Source: Thermoanaerobaculia bacterium (GTDB lineage: Bacteria; Acidobacteriota; Thermoanaerobaculia; Multivoradales; J023). From it: 64,000 nucleotides of DNA. The position numbers and the translations under genes were made by a program. The notes beneath the pieces were generated by a model that had not been told where the DNA came from, searched no databases, and worked only from the letters and a program-made list of their open reading frames with translations. Below are positions 56,513 through 64,000 of this stretch, one piece after another; the first letter of the stretch is position 1; each line of letters opens with the position of its first letter. The stretch is from the NCBI GenBank assembly GCA_028066595.1, contig JALCBJ010000021.1:3543-67542 (forward strand). The letters run 5' to 3'.

Positions 56513-56785
56513 TCACGGGCAACCGCTGGGATCCGAGTGGGGACCGTGCTCGCCACCACCTCCTCCGCAGGTACTGCCAAAGATCGGTTCGAGCTGACCA
56601 GGGCGTTCGGACTCGCGATCGGCGAATCTATCCAGACCCAGGAAGCCGAAGACATCCGCGAAGAAGCTGGTGATCGAGTCCATCCAGCCGGCGCCGCGGT
56701 CCACTGACGGAGCGGCGAGGGTCGCCGGGGCCACGAGGAGGGTGAGGGTGAGAAGGGCGACGGTCAGGTTCTTCTTCGAAAACAT
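56513..56785 (-). CDS. Small secreted protein (90 aa) with C-terminal Gly-rich Cys-bounded segment
   Basis: SD GAGAGGAA is upstream of the ATG. Signal peptide MFSKKNLTVALLTLTLLVAPATLAA. C-terminus CGGGGGEHGPHSDPSGCP. The stop is 1 nt from the regulator stop (convergent). Confidence 0.6.
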   Translation of the reverse strand: MFSKKNLTVALLTLTLLVAPATLAAPSVDRGAGWMDSITSFFADVFGFLGLDRFADRESERPGQLEPIFGSTCGGGGGEHGPHSDPSGCP

Positions 56786-56992
56786 GAAGAGTTCCTCTCT
56801 GGGCAGTGGACGTCCCAGGGGCGGAATTGCCCTTGTCGCCTCTACCCAATGAGTAATCTACCTTCGGGTCGCTTTTTTCCCTGGTCGAAGCAGTTTTCCC
56901 AAGGTGCCGCTTCATCACCTTGTTTGGACCCGGCATCAGGACGAAAGGCGATATCGGAACAAGATGTGCTCCACCTGTCTTAGCTCGTAGCA

Positions 56993-57015
56993 GATGGAAC
57001 ATATGATGTTCCATC
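56993..57015. promoter_or_regulatory. 23-bp perfect palindrome (candidate operator)
   Basis: GATGGAACAT-ATG-ATGTTCCATC, 10-bp arms. It sits in the lower-GC divergent intergenic region between the small secreted-protein gene and yqgE. Confidence 0.5.
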
Positions 57016-57170
57016 CAGCGGCACGAGCCAGCGCGTGCGCCTTGACGTCGCTTGCGGTCCGAGGACGCGATCCGGCAGCCCAGCCGCAGGTGCAAATCGA
57101 TCGCCTCGAGCCGCCGGAGCCGGCCGTTCCGCGATCCGCACGTTCCGGCGCCGTGGGCTAAGATGGAGCC

Positions 57171-57806
57171 ATGTCGAAAGACACCATCGACCTCACCTCA
57201 GAAGAACTCCAGGAGGAGGACGACCGCGGGGCCCAGATGAAGGAGCTGGAAACGCCGGTACTGCTACTGGCCATGCCTCAAGTCACCTCCCAACCGTTTC
57301 AAAAGAGCGTCGTCTTGCTCCTGCGTCACGATGCGGAGGAAGGCAGCCTCGGATTCATCGTCAACCGGCCCACCGACCTGAAGGTGGCCGACATCCTGAA
57401 GGACCTGGAGATCCCCTGGAACGGAGATGAGGATCTTCCCGCCTACCTCGGCGGACCGGTGAACAAGGAACGCGGTACGTTGCTCTACACGGACGACGAG
57501 CTGCTGGAAGGCGACGAAACGGACCTGCCGGGGATCGCGGTTTCCCAAAGCCTGGGACAGCTCCAGGAGCTGGCGGAAAAACCACCCGGACCGTTTCGCC
57601 TCTACCTGGGCTATGCGGGCTGGGGCGACGGACAGCTAGAGCAGGAGATCCTGCGCAACGACTGGCTGATCGCACCCTTCGACCCGTCGTTCCTCTTCAG
57701 CGAGGATCCAGACGAGGTCTGGTATCGCGCCATCCGCTCCGTCGGCATCGACCCGGCCCAGCTCCCCGCATGGACACCACCCGCCGGGGCGGCTGTGGCT
57801 AACTGA
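57171..57806 (+). CDS. yqgE: YqgE/AlgH-family (UPF0301) protein
   Basis: LLLAMPQVTSQPFQKSVVLLLRHDAEEGSLGFIVNRP and GGPV...LYLGYAGWGDGQLEQE. Confidence 0.85.
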   Translation: MSKDTIDLTSEELQEEDDRGAQMKELETPVLLLAMPQVTSQPFQKSVVLLLRHDAEEGSLGFIVNRPTDLKVADILKDLEIPWNGDEDLPAYLGGPVNKERGTLLYTDDELLEGDETDLPGIAVSQSLGQLQELAEKPPGPFRLYLGYAGWGDGQLEQEILRNDWLIAPFDPSFLFSEDPDEVWYRAIRSVGIDPAQLPAWTPPAGAAVAN

Positions 57807-57824
57807 GACCCACCCGCTACTGCC

Positions 57825-58592
57825 ATGGAGGAGATCCGATCCCGAACCGTCGTCGTCACCGGCGGCAGCGCTGGCATCGGAGCGGCCACCGTGCGCCGGC
57901 TGGCCACGGACGGTTGGAGCGTGCTCGCCGGAGCCCGCCGCCTGGACTTGCTGCGTGAGGTCTGCGAACCGGTAGGTGCTGCAGCCGCCGGGCTCGACGT
58001 CACCGACGAGGCAAGCGTGGCGGAGTTCGTGGATGTCGCAGACCGACTCGGCTTCGGCAAGCTCAACCTTCTGGTGAACAACGCAGGCGCGGCGCTTGGA
58101 GTCGACAGCGTCGAGGGCGCCCAGGAGGACCTTTGGCGCCGCATGTTCGAGCTCAACGTGATGGGTACGCTGCACCTCACCCGCGCCTTCTTGGGACGGT
58201 TGCGTGCATCGGGTGACGGCCACGTGGTCAACCTGGGTTCGGTGGCCGGCTTCGAGACCTATCCCGGGGGAGGAGGCTATACGGCGTCCAAACATGCGGT
58301 ACGCGCCCTGACCAAGACGCTGCGACGCGAGCTCTTGGGTGAGCCGGTCCGGGTCACCGAAGTGGCTCCCGGCCTGGTAGAGACGGAGTTCTCCGTGGTC
58401 CGATTTGACGGCGACCGAGACCGCGCAGATTCCATCTACCGTGGTATGACACCCCTCGTAGCCGACGATGTCGCCGACTGCATCGCATGGGCCGCATCGC
58501 GGCCGAGTCACGTCAACATCGACGAGATCGTCGTCCGCCCGCGGGATCAAGCCACCGCGACGTCTGTTCACCGCCGGGAAGAGAACGACTAG
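57825..58592 (+). CDS. SDR-family NADP-dependent oxidoreductase (YdfG-like)
   Basis: TGGSAGIG, NNAG and YTASKHAV (the YxxxK catalytic motif). Confidence 0.85.
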   Translation: MEEIRSRTVVVTGGSAGIGAATVRRLATDGWSVLAGARRLDLLREVCEPVGAAAAGLDVTDEASVAEFVDVADRLGFGKLNLLVNNAGAALGVDSVEGAQEDLWRRMFELNVMGTLHLTRAFLGRLRASGDGHVVNLGSVAGFETYPGGGGYTASKHAVRALTKTLRRELLGEPVRVTEVAPGLVETEFSVVRFDGDRDRADSIYRGMTPLVADDVADCIAWAASRPSHVNIDEIVVRPRDQATATSVHRREEND

Positions 58593-58601
58593 AGGAATCT
58601 C

Positions 58602-58820
58602 ATGGATCCGCAACAGATGAAAGAGGCCTACCAGCGCCTCGAGGCCCTCGACGACAGGTTGAGCTACAAGGTGAGGCCGAAGAAACACAGCATGGTGCAA
58701 CCATCGCCGGACCAGATCAATGCCCATCTGAACGACCTCGCCGACTTCAGCCTCGAGCTGAAAGAAATCCTTCGCGACTTCATGCTCAGCTTCGCCAAGA
58801 AGCCGCCCCAGGCAGGTTGA
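58602..58820 (+). CDS. Small hypothetical helical protein (72 aa)
   Basis: GAGGA lies 6 nt upstream of the ATG, which is 10 nt after the SDR stop. The sequence is plausibly helical and I recognise no family. Confidence 0.4.
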   Translation: MDPQQMKEAYQRLEALDDRLSYKVRPKKHSMVQPSPDQINAHLNDLADFSLELKEILRDFMLSFAKKPPQAG

Positions 58821-58908
58821 CTCTGCCCCGCCCACCGGCGTTGACAGTCAGATACCCGTGCTCTACAATCTTCGCCCCGCGGAGCGGCTCCCGTCGCTAT
58901 CCGCCCGT

Positions 58909-58983
58909 TCCTCGGTAGCTCAATGGTAGAGCAATCGGCTGTTAACCGATGGGTTGGGGGTTCAAGTCCCTCCCGAGGAGCCA
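58909..58983 (+). tRNA. tRNA-Asn (anticodon GUU), CCA encoded
   Basis: Acceptor TCCTCGG/CCGAGGA, D-arm GCTC-AATGGTA-GAGC, anticodon loop CTGTTAA, T-arm GGGGG-TTCAAGT-CCCTC, total 75 nt. Confidence 0.93.
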
Positions 58984-58998
58984 ATCCCCCTCTCCACG

Positions 58999-59020
58999 CC
59001 CCCGTCCTCCACGGGGGTTT
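58999..59020 (+). terminator. Intrinsic terminator after tRNA-Asn
   Basis: Stem cccccgt/acggggg (7 bp), loop cctcc, followed by tttg. Confidence 0.6.
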
Positions 59021-59123
59021 GTCGTATCCAGCTACGCTATTCTTAGCTTGATTCCGCCATACCGCTCAAGCTGAACCGCGACACCTGGCACGCCGTAGGT
59101 TACCGCTCCCCTCCGCCTTCTCG

Positions 59124-60506
59124 ATGCGCCCCCTCCGACGCCCGCGCCTTTTGACCCAGGGACTCCTGATCGGGGTCACATTGGCCGCGATCGGTGTATC
59201 GGCACCGGACGCGCAGGCAACACGCCGGTTCCCCAACATCGTGGTGGTTGCCGTGGACACCTTGCGCTACGACCACCTGTCGATCCACGGTCATCCGCGC
59301 CCTACCAGTCCGTATATCGATGCACTGCTCCGGGGCGGTGCCCGCTTCACACGCGCTCACGTCGTAGAGCCGCTGACGGCGCCATCGATGGCGTCCATCT
59401 TCACCGGCCTCTATCCCCATGAGCACGGCGCTTCACGCAACGGCCTGCACATCCGCCCCGGTCTTCCGTCGCTACCCAAGATCCTTGCCCGCCGTGGATA
59501 CAAGACTTCGGCCGTGGTGGGAAACTGGACCTTGCGCGCCGAGCTATTGGGGCTGGACGAGCACTTCGGATCCTACGAAGGCGTCTGGAGTCGTAAGCGG
59601 TATTTCGGCTTCGCCAACTCCGAGGCCACTGCCCACGACCTGAACGAGACGGCAAACCGCTGGGTCGACGATCACCTGGCAGAGAACGGTAGGTATCCCT
59701 TCTTCCTCTGGGTGCACTACGTCGAGCCCCATAACCCCTATCGCTTCCATGACGAGTACGCCGAGCGCCTTCGCATCGGTGCCGATCCGAAGCCGAGGGA
59801 TCGTTACGACACCGAGATCGCTTTCGTCGACGAAGCCATCGGCCGACTGCTCCAAGACCTGCGTCGGAAAGTGCCCCTACAAGACCTACTCGTGATCTTC
59901 GTCAGCGATCATGGCGAAAGCCTGGGGGAACACAACTACTGGGGCCACGGGCGCCATCTCTATCAACCGACGCTACACATTCCGCTGGGCTTCTACTGGC
60001 ACGGACGGATCGTGGCCAACACGGTGATCGAGGCTCCGGCCACCAGTCTCGATATCGCGTCCACCGTATTGGGCTTGGTCGGCTTGCCGGTCCCCGACAG
60101 CTTCCGCGGTTTCGACTTCTCCCGCTTTCTCCTACACGAAACGGCGAAAGACATGGGATCTCCGCCCATGGAGCGGACGACCTTTCACGAAGCCCACAAA
60201 GGCGCATCCCACGGCAACGAAGATCGCGCACGCAGAAATGGCCTCTTGGAGGTAGGGCTGGTCGAGGCCGGGCGCCACAAAGAGATCCTGCGGGTGAAGA
60301 AGGATCGCCTGCGCGTCTACGACTTGGCGACGGACGCCGGCGAAGACGACAACCTCGCATCCAAAGGCAGGCTGGAACCGAGCGATGAGCTACTGGCCTT
60401 CTGGCGGCGAGTACAGGAAGGTCTCGACGCGTCAGACGAGCTACCGGCACAGGTCCTCACGGAAGAGGATGTCGAGCAGTTGCGAGCGCTAGGGTACATC
60501 GACTAG
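59124..60506 (+). CDS. Sulfatase-fold (alkaline phosphatase superfamily) hydrolase, secreted; non-canonical nucleophile motif
   Basis: Signal peptide, then NIVVVAVDTLRYD (metal-binding Asp). At the position of the C/S-x-P-x-R formylglycine motif it reads T-A-P-S-M-ASIFTG. DHGESLGEH lies downstream. Confidence 0.75.
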   Translation: MRPLRRPRLLTQGLLIGVTLAAIGVSAPDAQATRRFPNIVVVAVDTLRYDHLSIHGHPRPTSPYIDALLRGGARFTRAHVVEPLTAPSMASIFTGLYPHEHGASRNGLHIRPGLPSLPKILARRGYKTSAVVGNWTLRAELLGLDEHFGSYEGVWSRKRYFGFANSEATAHDLNETANRWVDDHLAENGRYPFFLWVHYVEPHNPYRFHDEYAERLRIGADPKPRDRYDTEIAFVDEAIGRLLQDLRRKVPLQDLLVIFVSDHGESLGEHNYWGHGRHLYQPTLHIPLGFYWHGRIVANTVIEAPATSLDIASTVLGLVGLPVPDSFRGFDFSRFLLHETAKDMGSPPMERTTFHEAHKGASHGNEDRARRNGLLEVGLVEAGRHKEILRVKKDRLRVYDLATDAGEDDNLASKGRLEPSDELLAFWRRVQEGLDASDELPAQVLTEEDVEQLRALGYID

Positions 60507-60790
60507 TCGAGAGAGCCCGCGATCTGCGCCTGCCTCCGCCAGACTGCACGGCACGGGGGTAAGATATCTCCAGACTGACTCAGTGCCGGAAGCAGAGTGG
60601 TTGTATGCGCAATGGCGCCGCGGTGCTCTGTATGGGCTTTCGCAGCCGGGTGCGAGTCCTGGACCTACCGAATGGGCAAGAAATCACTACAGCGAGATCC
60701 GCATTGCTCCTATCCCCTGGCCATATGTCGGCGCGGTAGATTGTTCGATACCTCCGACTACCGCATATCGGAGAGCTGACCTACGGACTC

Positions 60791-61258
60791 ATGACCGAAG
60801 ACATCGGTACCCATCCGCCGGACGACCGATCTCGTCCGCGCCACCGCGGCCTACGACTCAGCTTCGAGTCGAGCCTCGACATTCTGAGCGTCCTGCGGCC
60901 GGCGGTCGGCAGTATCGTCGAGGCCTTGGAGCTCGACGAGCAAGCCATCTTCGCTGCCCAGCTGTGTGTCGTCGAAGCGGTCACGAACTGCGTCGTCCAT
61001 GCCTATCGGGGAGAGGCCGGACGACCGATCGACGTGACCATCGACAAATCAGTCGATCTTCTGGTGATCGAGATCCGCGACCAAGCACCTCCTGCACCGA
61101 AGGACTGGATCCAGCCACCCGCTCCAGCTACCGGGGAACCAGAGCCTCTCTCGGAGGGCGGCCGTGGAATTCCCCTTCTACACTCGTTGATGGATGAGGT
61201 CTCCGTTCGCAGGGAGGGCGAATCGAACGTTCTCCGACTGTCCAAGGAGCTGTCTTGA
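60791..61258 (+). CDS. RsbW/SpoIIAB-like anti-sigma-factor Ser kinase (HATPase_c_2)
   Basis: EAVTNCVVHAY (N-box), IEIRDQAPP and GGRGIPLLHSLMDEV (G-boxes). Size 155 aa. Confidence 0.75.
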   Translation: MTEDIGTHPPDDRSRPRHRGLRLSFESSLDILSVLRPAVGSIVEALELDEQAIFAAQLCVVEAVTNCVVHAYRGEAGRPIDVTIDKSVDLLVIEIRDQAPPAPKDWIQPPAPATGEPEPLSEGGRGIPLLHSLMDEVSVRREGESNVLRLSKELS

Positions 61259-61355
61259 GACCTTCGTTCCCATCCTCCGGCCGAAAGCTGAGCGCAGGCC
61301 GAGACGGCGATATGCTGACTGAACCATAGGATGAATGGGCCAAGGAGGTGCCACG

Positions 61356-61727
61356 GTGACAGCCTCGAGGAAGGTCTCTGCGTTCGATCAGGACGCTGCA
61401 TTGAGCCGGCTCGGAGGCGATTTCGAGCTTTTCGACGAGCTGATCGAGATGTTCTGCGAAAGTGCCGACGATCAGATCGGAGAGATCGAAACGAGCATCC
61501 GGGAGGGTGATGCGGACCAACTTCGCCAGACGGCGCACGCCCTCAGCGGCTCGCTCGCACTCTTTGCCGCCGGTCCTGCTCTGGAGACCGCTCGACGACT
61601 CGAGCACATGGGCCGGGATGGCGAGTTGCTGGATACGGACTTGCATCTCGGACGTCTGAACGGCGAGCTCGCGGAGCTCCTCGAGCAGCTCCGCATCGAC
61701 CGCGAGTCCAGGCAACAGGCCGCCTAG
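61356..61727 (+). CDS. Hpt (histidine phosphotransfer) domain protein
   Basis: LGGDFELFDELIEMF... and QTAHALSGSLALFAAG (phospho-accepting His context). GTG 61356 lies 8 nt after AAGGAGG (ATG 61335 is also possible). Confidence 0.75.
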   Translation: MTASRKVSAFDQDAALSRLGGDFELFDELIEMFCESADDQIGEIETSIREGDADQLRQTAHALSGSLALFAAGPALETARRLEHMGRDGELLDTDLHLGRLNGELAELLEQLRIDRESRQQAA

Positions 61728-61887
61728 TGTCCTGTGCGGATAGTTCGCTGGAGCGTTGGATGAGGACTTCGTCGGTCTGCCAAGGCGCGACGACGAGGAA
61801 TAGTCGAGCTATTTCGAGGAGAAGCAACGCCGGCAGGACGACGAAGAACCAGCCCAAGGGTCAACGAACTTTGCAAAAAGGACACTA

Positions 61888-63072
61888 ATGCCGACCCTCG
61901 AGATACTGCCTGCGGGCACGATCCTCGTGGTGGACGACACAGCCCTCAATCGCCAGCTCCTGAAGGCGATTCTTCGGAGCTCGGGTCACCAAGTCATCGA
62001 GGCCGCCGATGGAGAAACCGCGCTGGCCATGGCCGAGGAAGATCGACCCGATCTGATGTTGCTCGACATCATGATGCCCGGCATGGACGGTCACGAAGTG
62101 CTCGGCCATCTCCGCTCCACGGAGTCCACGGCAGAGCTTCCGGTGATCCTGGTCTCGGCCTTGGACGAAACCAGCGAGAAGATTAAAGGCCTAGATCTCG
62201 GAGCCGCGGACTACATCACCAAGCCCTTCGATCGCCGCGAGGTGCTTGCACGGGTACGCGCCCAGCTACGCATCCGCCAGCTCACCCAGACGCTGCTGCA
62301 GGAGCAGAGCCGCCTACATGAAGATCTGTGCGCCGCCGCAGAGCTCCAGACGACCTTGATCCCCCGAAGCGAGCTCAGCTTCCCGGGACTTCGCATCGCC
62401 CACCGATTCGTGCCGAGCGACCGCATCGGCGGAGATCTGTTCAACGTCGTGCGCCTCGACGATCAACACGTGGCCGCTTACATTCTCGACGTTGCTGGTC
62501 ACGGAGTGCCCTCCGCGCTGATCACTTTTTCGGTTGCCCAAAGCTTGTCCCGACACGCCGGTCTCGTCATGCGTAGCGACGGTGTCGCTTCCCCGGAGTC
62601 GGTGCAATCGCCTGGTCCCGTACTGACCGAGCTAGACCGTCAGTATCCGATCGAACGATTCGGCAAACACTTCACCATCACGTACGCGGTTCTCGACGTA
62701 GAGAGCTGGCAACTGCGCTACAGCTCGGCCGCCCACCCATGGCCCATCGTTTTGCATCCCGAGGGCACCGTGACCCGATTGACCGAGGGAGGTTCGGTGA
62801 TCGGCCTGGGCGGCCTGATGAGCTTCGAGGAAGGGGAAATCGACCTGGCGCCCGGCGACCGACTGATGCTGACGACCGATGGCCTCGAGGAGCGGCGCAA
62901 CGCCGCCGGCGAGTTTTTCGGCAGCGACCGCCTGGAGCAGCTGGCAATCAGCCTACGTCATCGGGACATCGAGTCGTTCTGCGATGATCTTCTGGAGGAA
63001 GTCGAGCGACACGGCGCCGGAGAACCTGATCGCGACGACATCTCCCTGCTGGTGATCGAGAGGCCCGAGTAA
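61888..63072 (+). CDS. Response-regulator receiver fused to PP2C/SpoIIE-type phosphatase (RsbU-like)
   Basis: REC: ILVVDD...DLMLLDIMMPGMDG...ITKPF. The PP2C part has GGDLF..., DVAGHGVPSAL and LTTDGLEE...DDISLLVIE. Confidence 0.88.
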   Translation: MPTLEILPAGTILVVDDTALNRQLLKAILRSSGHQVIEAADGETALAMAEEDRPDLMLLDIMMPGMDGHEVLGHLRSTESTAELPVILVSALDETSEKIKGLDLGAADYITKPFDRREVLARVRAQLRIRQLTQTLLQEQSRLHEDLCAAAELQTTLIPRSELSFPGLRIAHRFVPSDRIGGDLFNVVRLDDQHVAAYILDVAGHGVPSALITFSVAQSLSRHAGLVMRSDGVASPESVQSPGPVLTELDRQYPIERFGKHFTITYAVLDVESWQLRYSSAAHPWPIVLHPEGTVTRLTEGGSVIGLGGLMSFEEGEIDLAPGDRLMLTTDGLEERRNAAGEFFGSDRLEQLAISLRHRDIESFCDDLLEEVERHGAGEPDRDDISLLVIERPE

Positions 63073-63081
63073 CGAATTCGC

Positions 63082-63597
63082 CTACCGGGAGCACGGTTCG
63101 ATGATGAACATGATCTGATTCCGGTTCTTGTACAGCGGACGATCCCATCGTTCTTCGATCATCATCCGGAGCACCTCGTCTCGCGTCTTGACCGTCAGAC
63201 CAGCACCTACGCCGATGCTGCACGGCCAACCAGCCTTCTTCTTCGCAGCCTGCCACCGGTAGATGATGCCGTTTTCGTTCCAGCCAATCTCGCCTTTCAG
63301 ATAGCGCGAAAGCTCTGGCGGCTCTTTGCCGTTCTGTCCGCGGTTGGGCCATCTTCCATTGTCGGAGTGAAAGGTCGTCGCGGCCGATTCGATGGCCTTG
63401 AAGTCGGAAATGATCGCCAGAGCGCGCGTGCGGTTGAGAGCCATCTGCATCGAAGGAATGGCCAGATTGGCCAAGATCGAGAGGATGGCGACGACGATCA
63501 ACAACTCGATCAGGGTGAAACTGCCGTGCGAGCGGCGCGACAGGCGTCCTCGGTGGGAGGAATGAGAATGAGGGATTGCTTTCTGGGTGCTGTCCAT
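63082..63597 (-). CDS. Prepilin-type N-terminal cleavage/methylation-domain protein (pilin/pseudopilin-like)
   Basis: ...RRSHGSFTLIELLIVVAILSILANLAIPS with a 25-aa His/Arg/Ser-rich leader and two C-terminal Cys. The GC content is visibly lower than the neighbours. Confidence 0.7.
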   Translation of the reverse strand: MDSTQKAIPHSHSSHRGRLSRRSHGSFTLIELLIVVAILSILANLAIPSMQMALNRTRALAIISDFKAIESAATTFHSDNGRWPNRGQNGKEPPELSRYLKGEIGWNENGIIYRWQAAKKKAGWPCSIGVGAGLTVKTRDEVLRMMIEERWDRPLYKNRNQIMFIIEPCSR

Positions 63598-63703
63598 GTC
63601 CTCGACCCTCGCGATCACTGTTCCTGCGAGCCACGAAGACTCGGCGTTAACTTGCTGTCTGACCGTTGTCGCTCATGATACCATCACTCTGGAGGCAAAC
63701 AAC

Positions 63704-64000
63704 ATGGCGAATCCCGAGCGTCCTGAGCCACAGGACTCCGTTGCGGATGAGATCGAAAGAGCGGCCCAGGAGGCCGTCAAGACCCAACGCGACGAGCTGA
63801 GCCGCCTGCAAACGAGCGGCGAGAAGCACCGCAAAGCAAAGCAGAGCCGACGGCGCAACAAGATCCTCGCAGCGGTGGTGCTGACGACTGCTGCCGTGGC
63901 TTTGACGATCCTGAACCTCATGGGGCGTGGATTCTTCTCCGTTTCTGTTCCGCAACAGTCGCCGGAAGAGGTCGCGGGCGCGCTGAGAGACGCCCTCTAC
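63704..64000 (+). CDS. Hypothetical membrane-anchored protein, 3' end runs off the window
   Basis: This ORF is not in the supplied track because it is open-ended. ATG 63704 lies 8 nt after GGAGG. Translation: MANPERPEPQDSVADEIERAAQEAV...KQSRRRNKILAAVVLTTAAVALTILNLMG... (charged coil, then a TM segment). Confidence 0.45.
   Translation, partial: MANPERPEPQDSVADEIERAAQEAVKTQRDELSRLQTSGEKHRKAKQSRRRNKILAAVVLTTAAVALTILNLMGRGFFSVSVPQQSPEEVAGALRDALY

Noticed and set aside
58909-60506. Genomic island integrated at tRNA-Asn (or at tRNA-Ser, 16793)
   Set aside because: There is no integrase, no recombinase and no obvious direct repeat of the tRNA 3' end downstream. The flanking genes are ordinary (a sulfatase-fold enzyme, thiI).
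60583-61197. 204-aa plus-strand ORF spanning the gap before the RsbW-like gene
   Set aside because: It is out of frame with and overlaps the RsbW-like CDS, which has clear HATPase N- and G-box motifs. The translation is Arg/Pro/Ser-rich.

Overview
GC-rich bacterial chromosomal segment. The taxon guess is Acidobacteriota-like, an inference from a duplicated-FtsX orphan 'ADOP'-type permease, three eukaryotic-like Ser/Thr kinases and many TPR proteins. Most of the window is ordinary core metabolism and housekeeping. This includes pckA (5' cut by the window edge), an aquaporin, rph, kynA plus a kynureninase-like gene, a Cys/Met PLP enzyme, thiI, cysS, metX, an Entner-Doudoroff cluster (eda, edd, and a zwf that looks broken), a NifS/IscS-type desulfurase, a molybdopterin oxidoreductase, a stand-alone long-form ribosomal protein S14, ygfZ, yqgE, an SDR and two tRNAs (Ser-GCU, Asn-GUU). 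I saw no rRNA, CRISPR array, transposase, integrase or phage genes. Many long ORFs in the six-frame track are antisense shadows typical of high-GC DNA and were rejected. The best candidate for an undescribed system is at 8.2-10.4 kb. It is a strongly ribosome-binding-site-supported 98-aa ORF with a nitrile-hydratase-like leader (NHLP-type) and a Gly/Asn/Pro/Asp-rich, aromatic-tailed C-terminus. It sits directly upstream of a SagB-type FMN dehydrogenase, with no YcaO or cyclodehydratase nearby, and is flanked by a kinase-TM-TPR protein and a carotenoid-oxygenase-family enzyme. Second-tier observations: an XRE-HTH/TPR regulator tail-to-tail with a small secreted-peptide gene and a nearby 23-bp perfect palindrome (RNPP-like layout); a secreted protein of four LNR/LDL-A-like Cys-rich repeats; an orphan secretin N-domain protein; a zwf with an internal deletion of about 70 aa plus a frameshift; an HDAC and a Ser/Thr kinase each fused to uncharacterised C-terminal modules; an RsbW-Hpt-(REC-PP2C) partner-switching fragment; and short tandem DNA repeats in two intergenic regions. 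All functional calls rest on motif recognition by eye. No database search was run.
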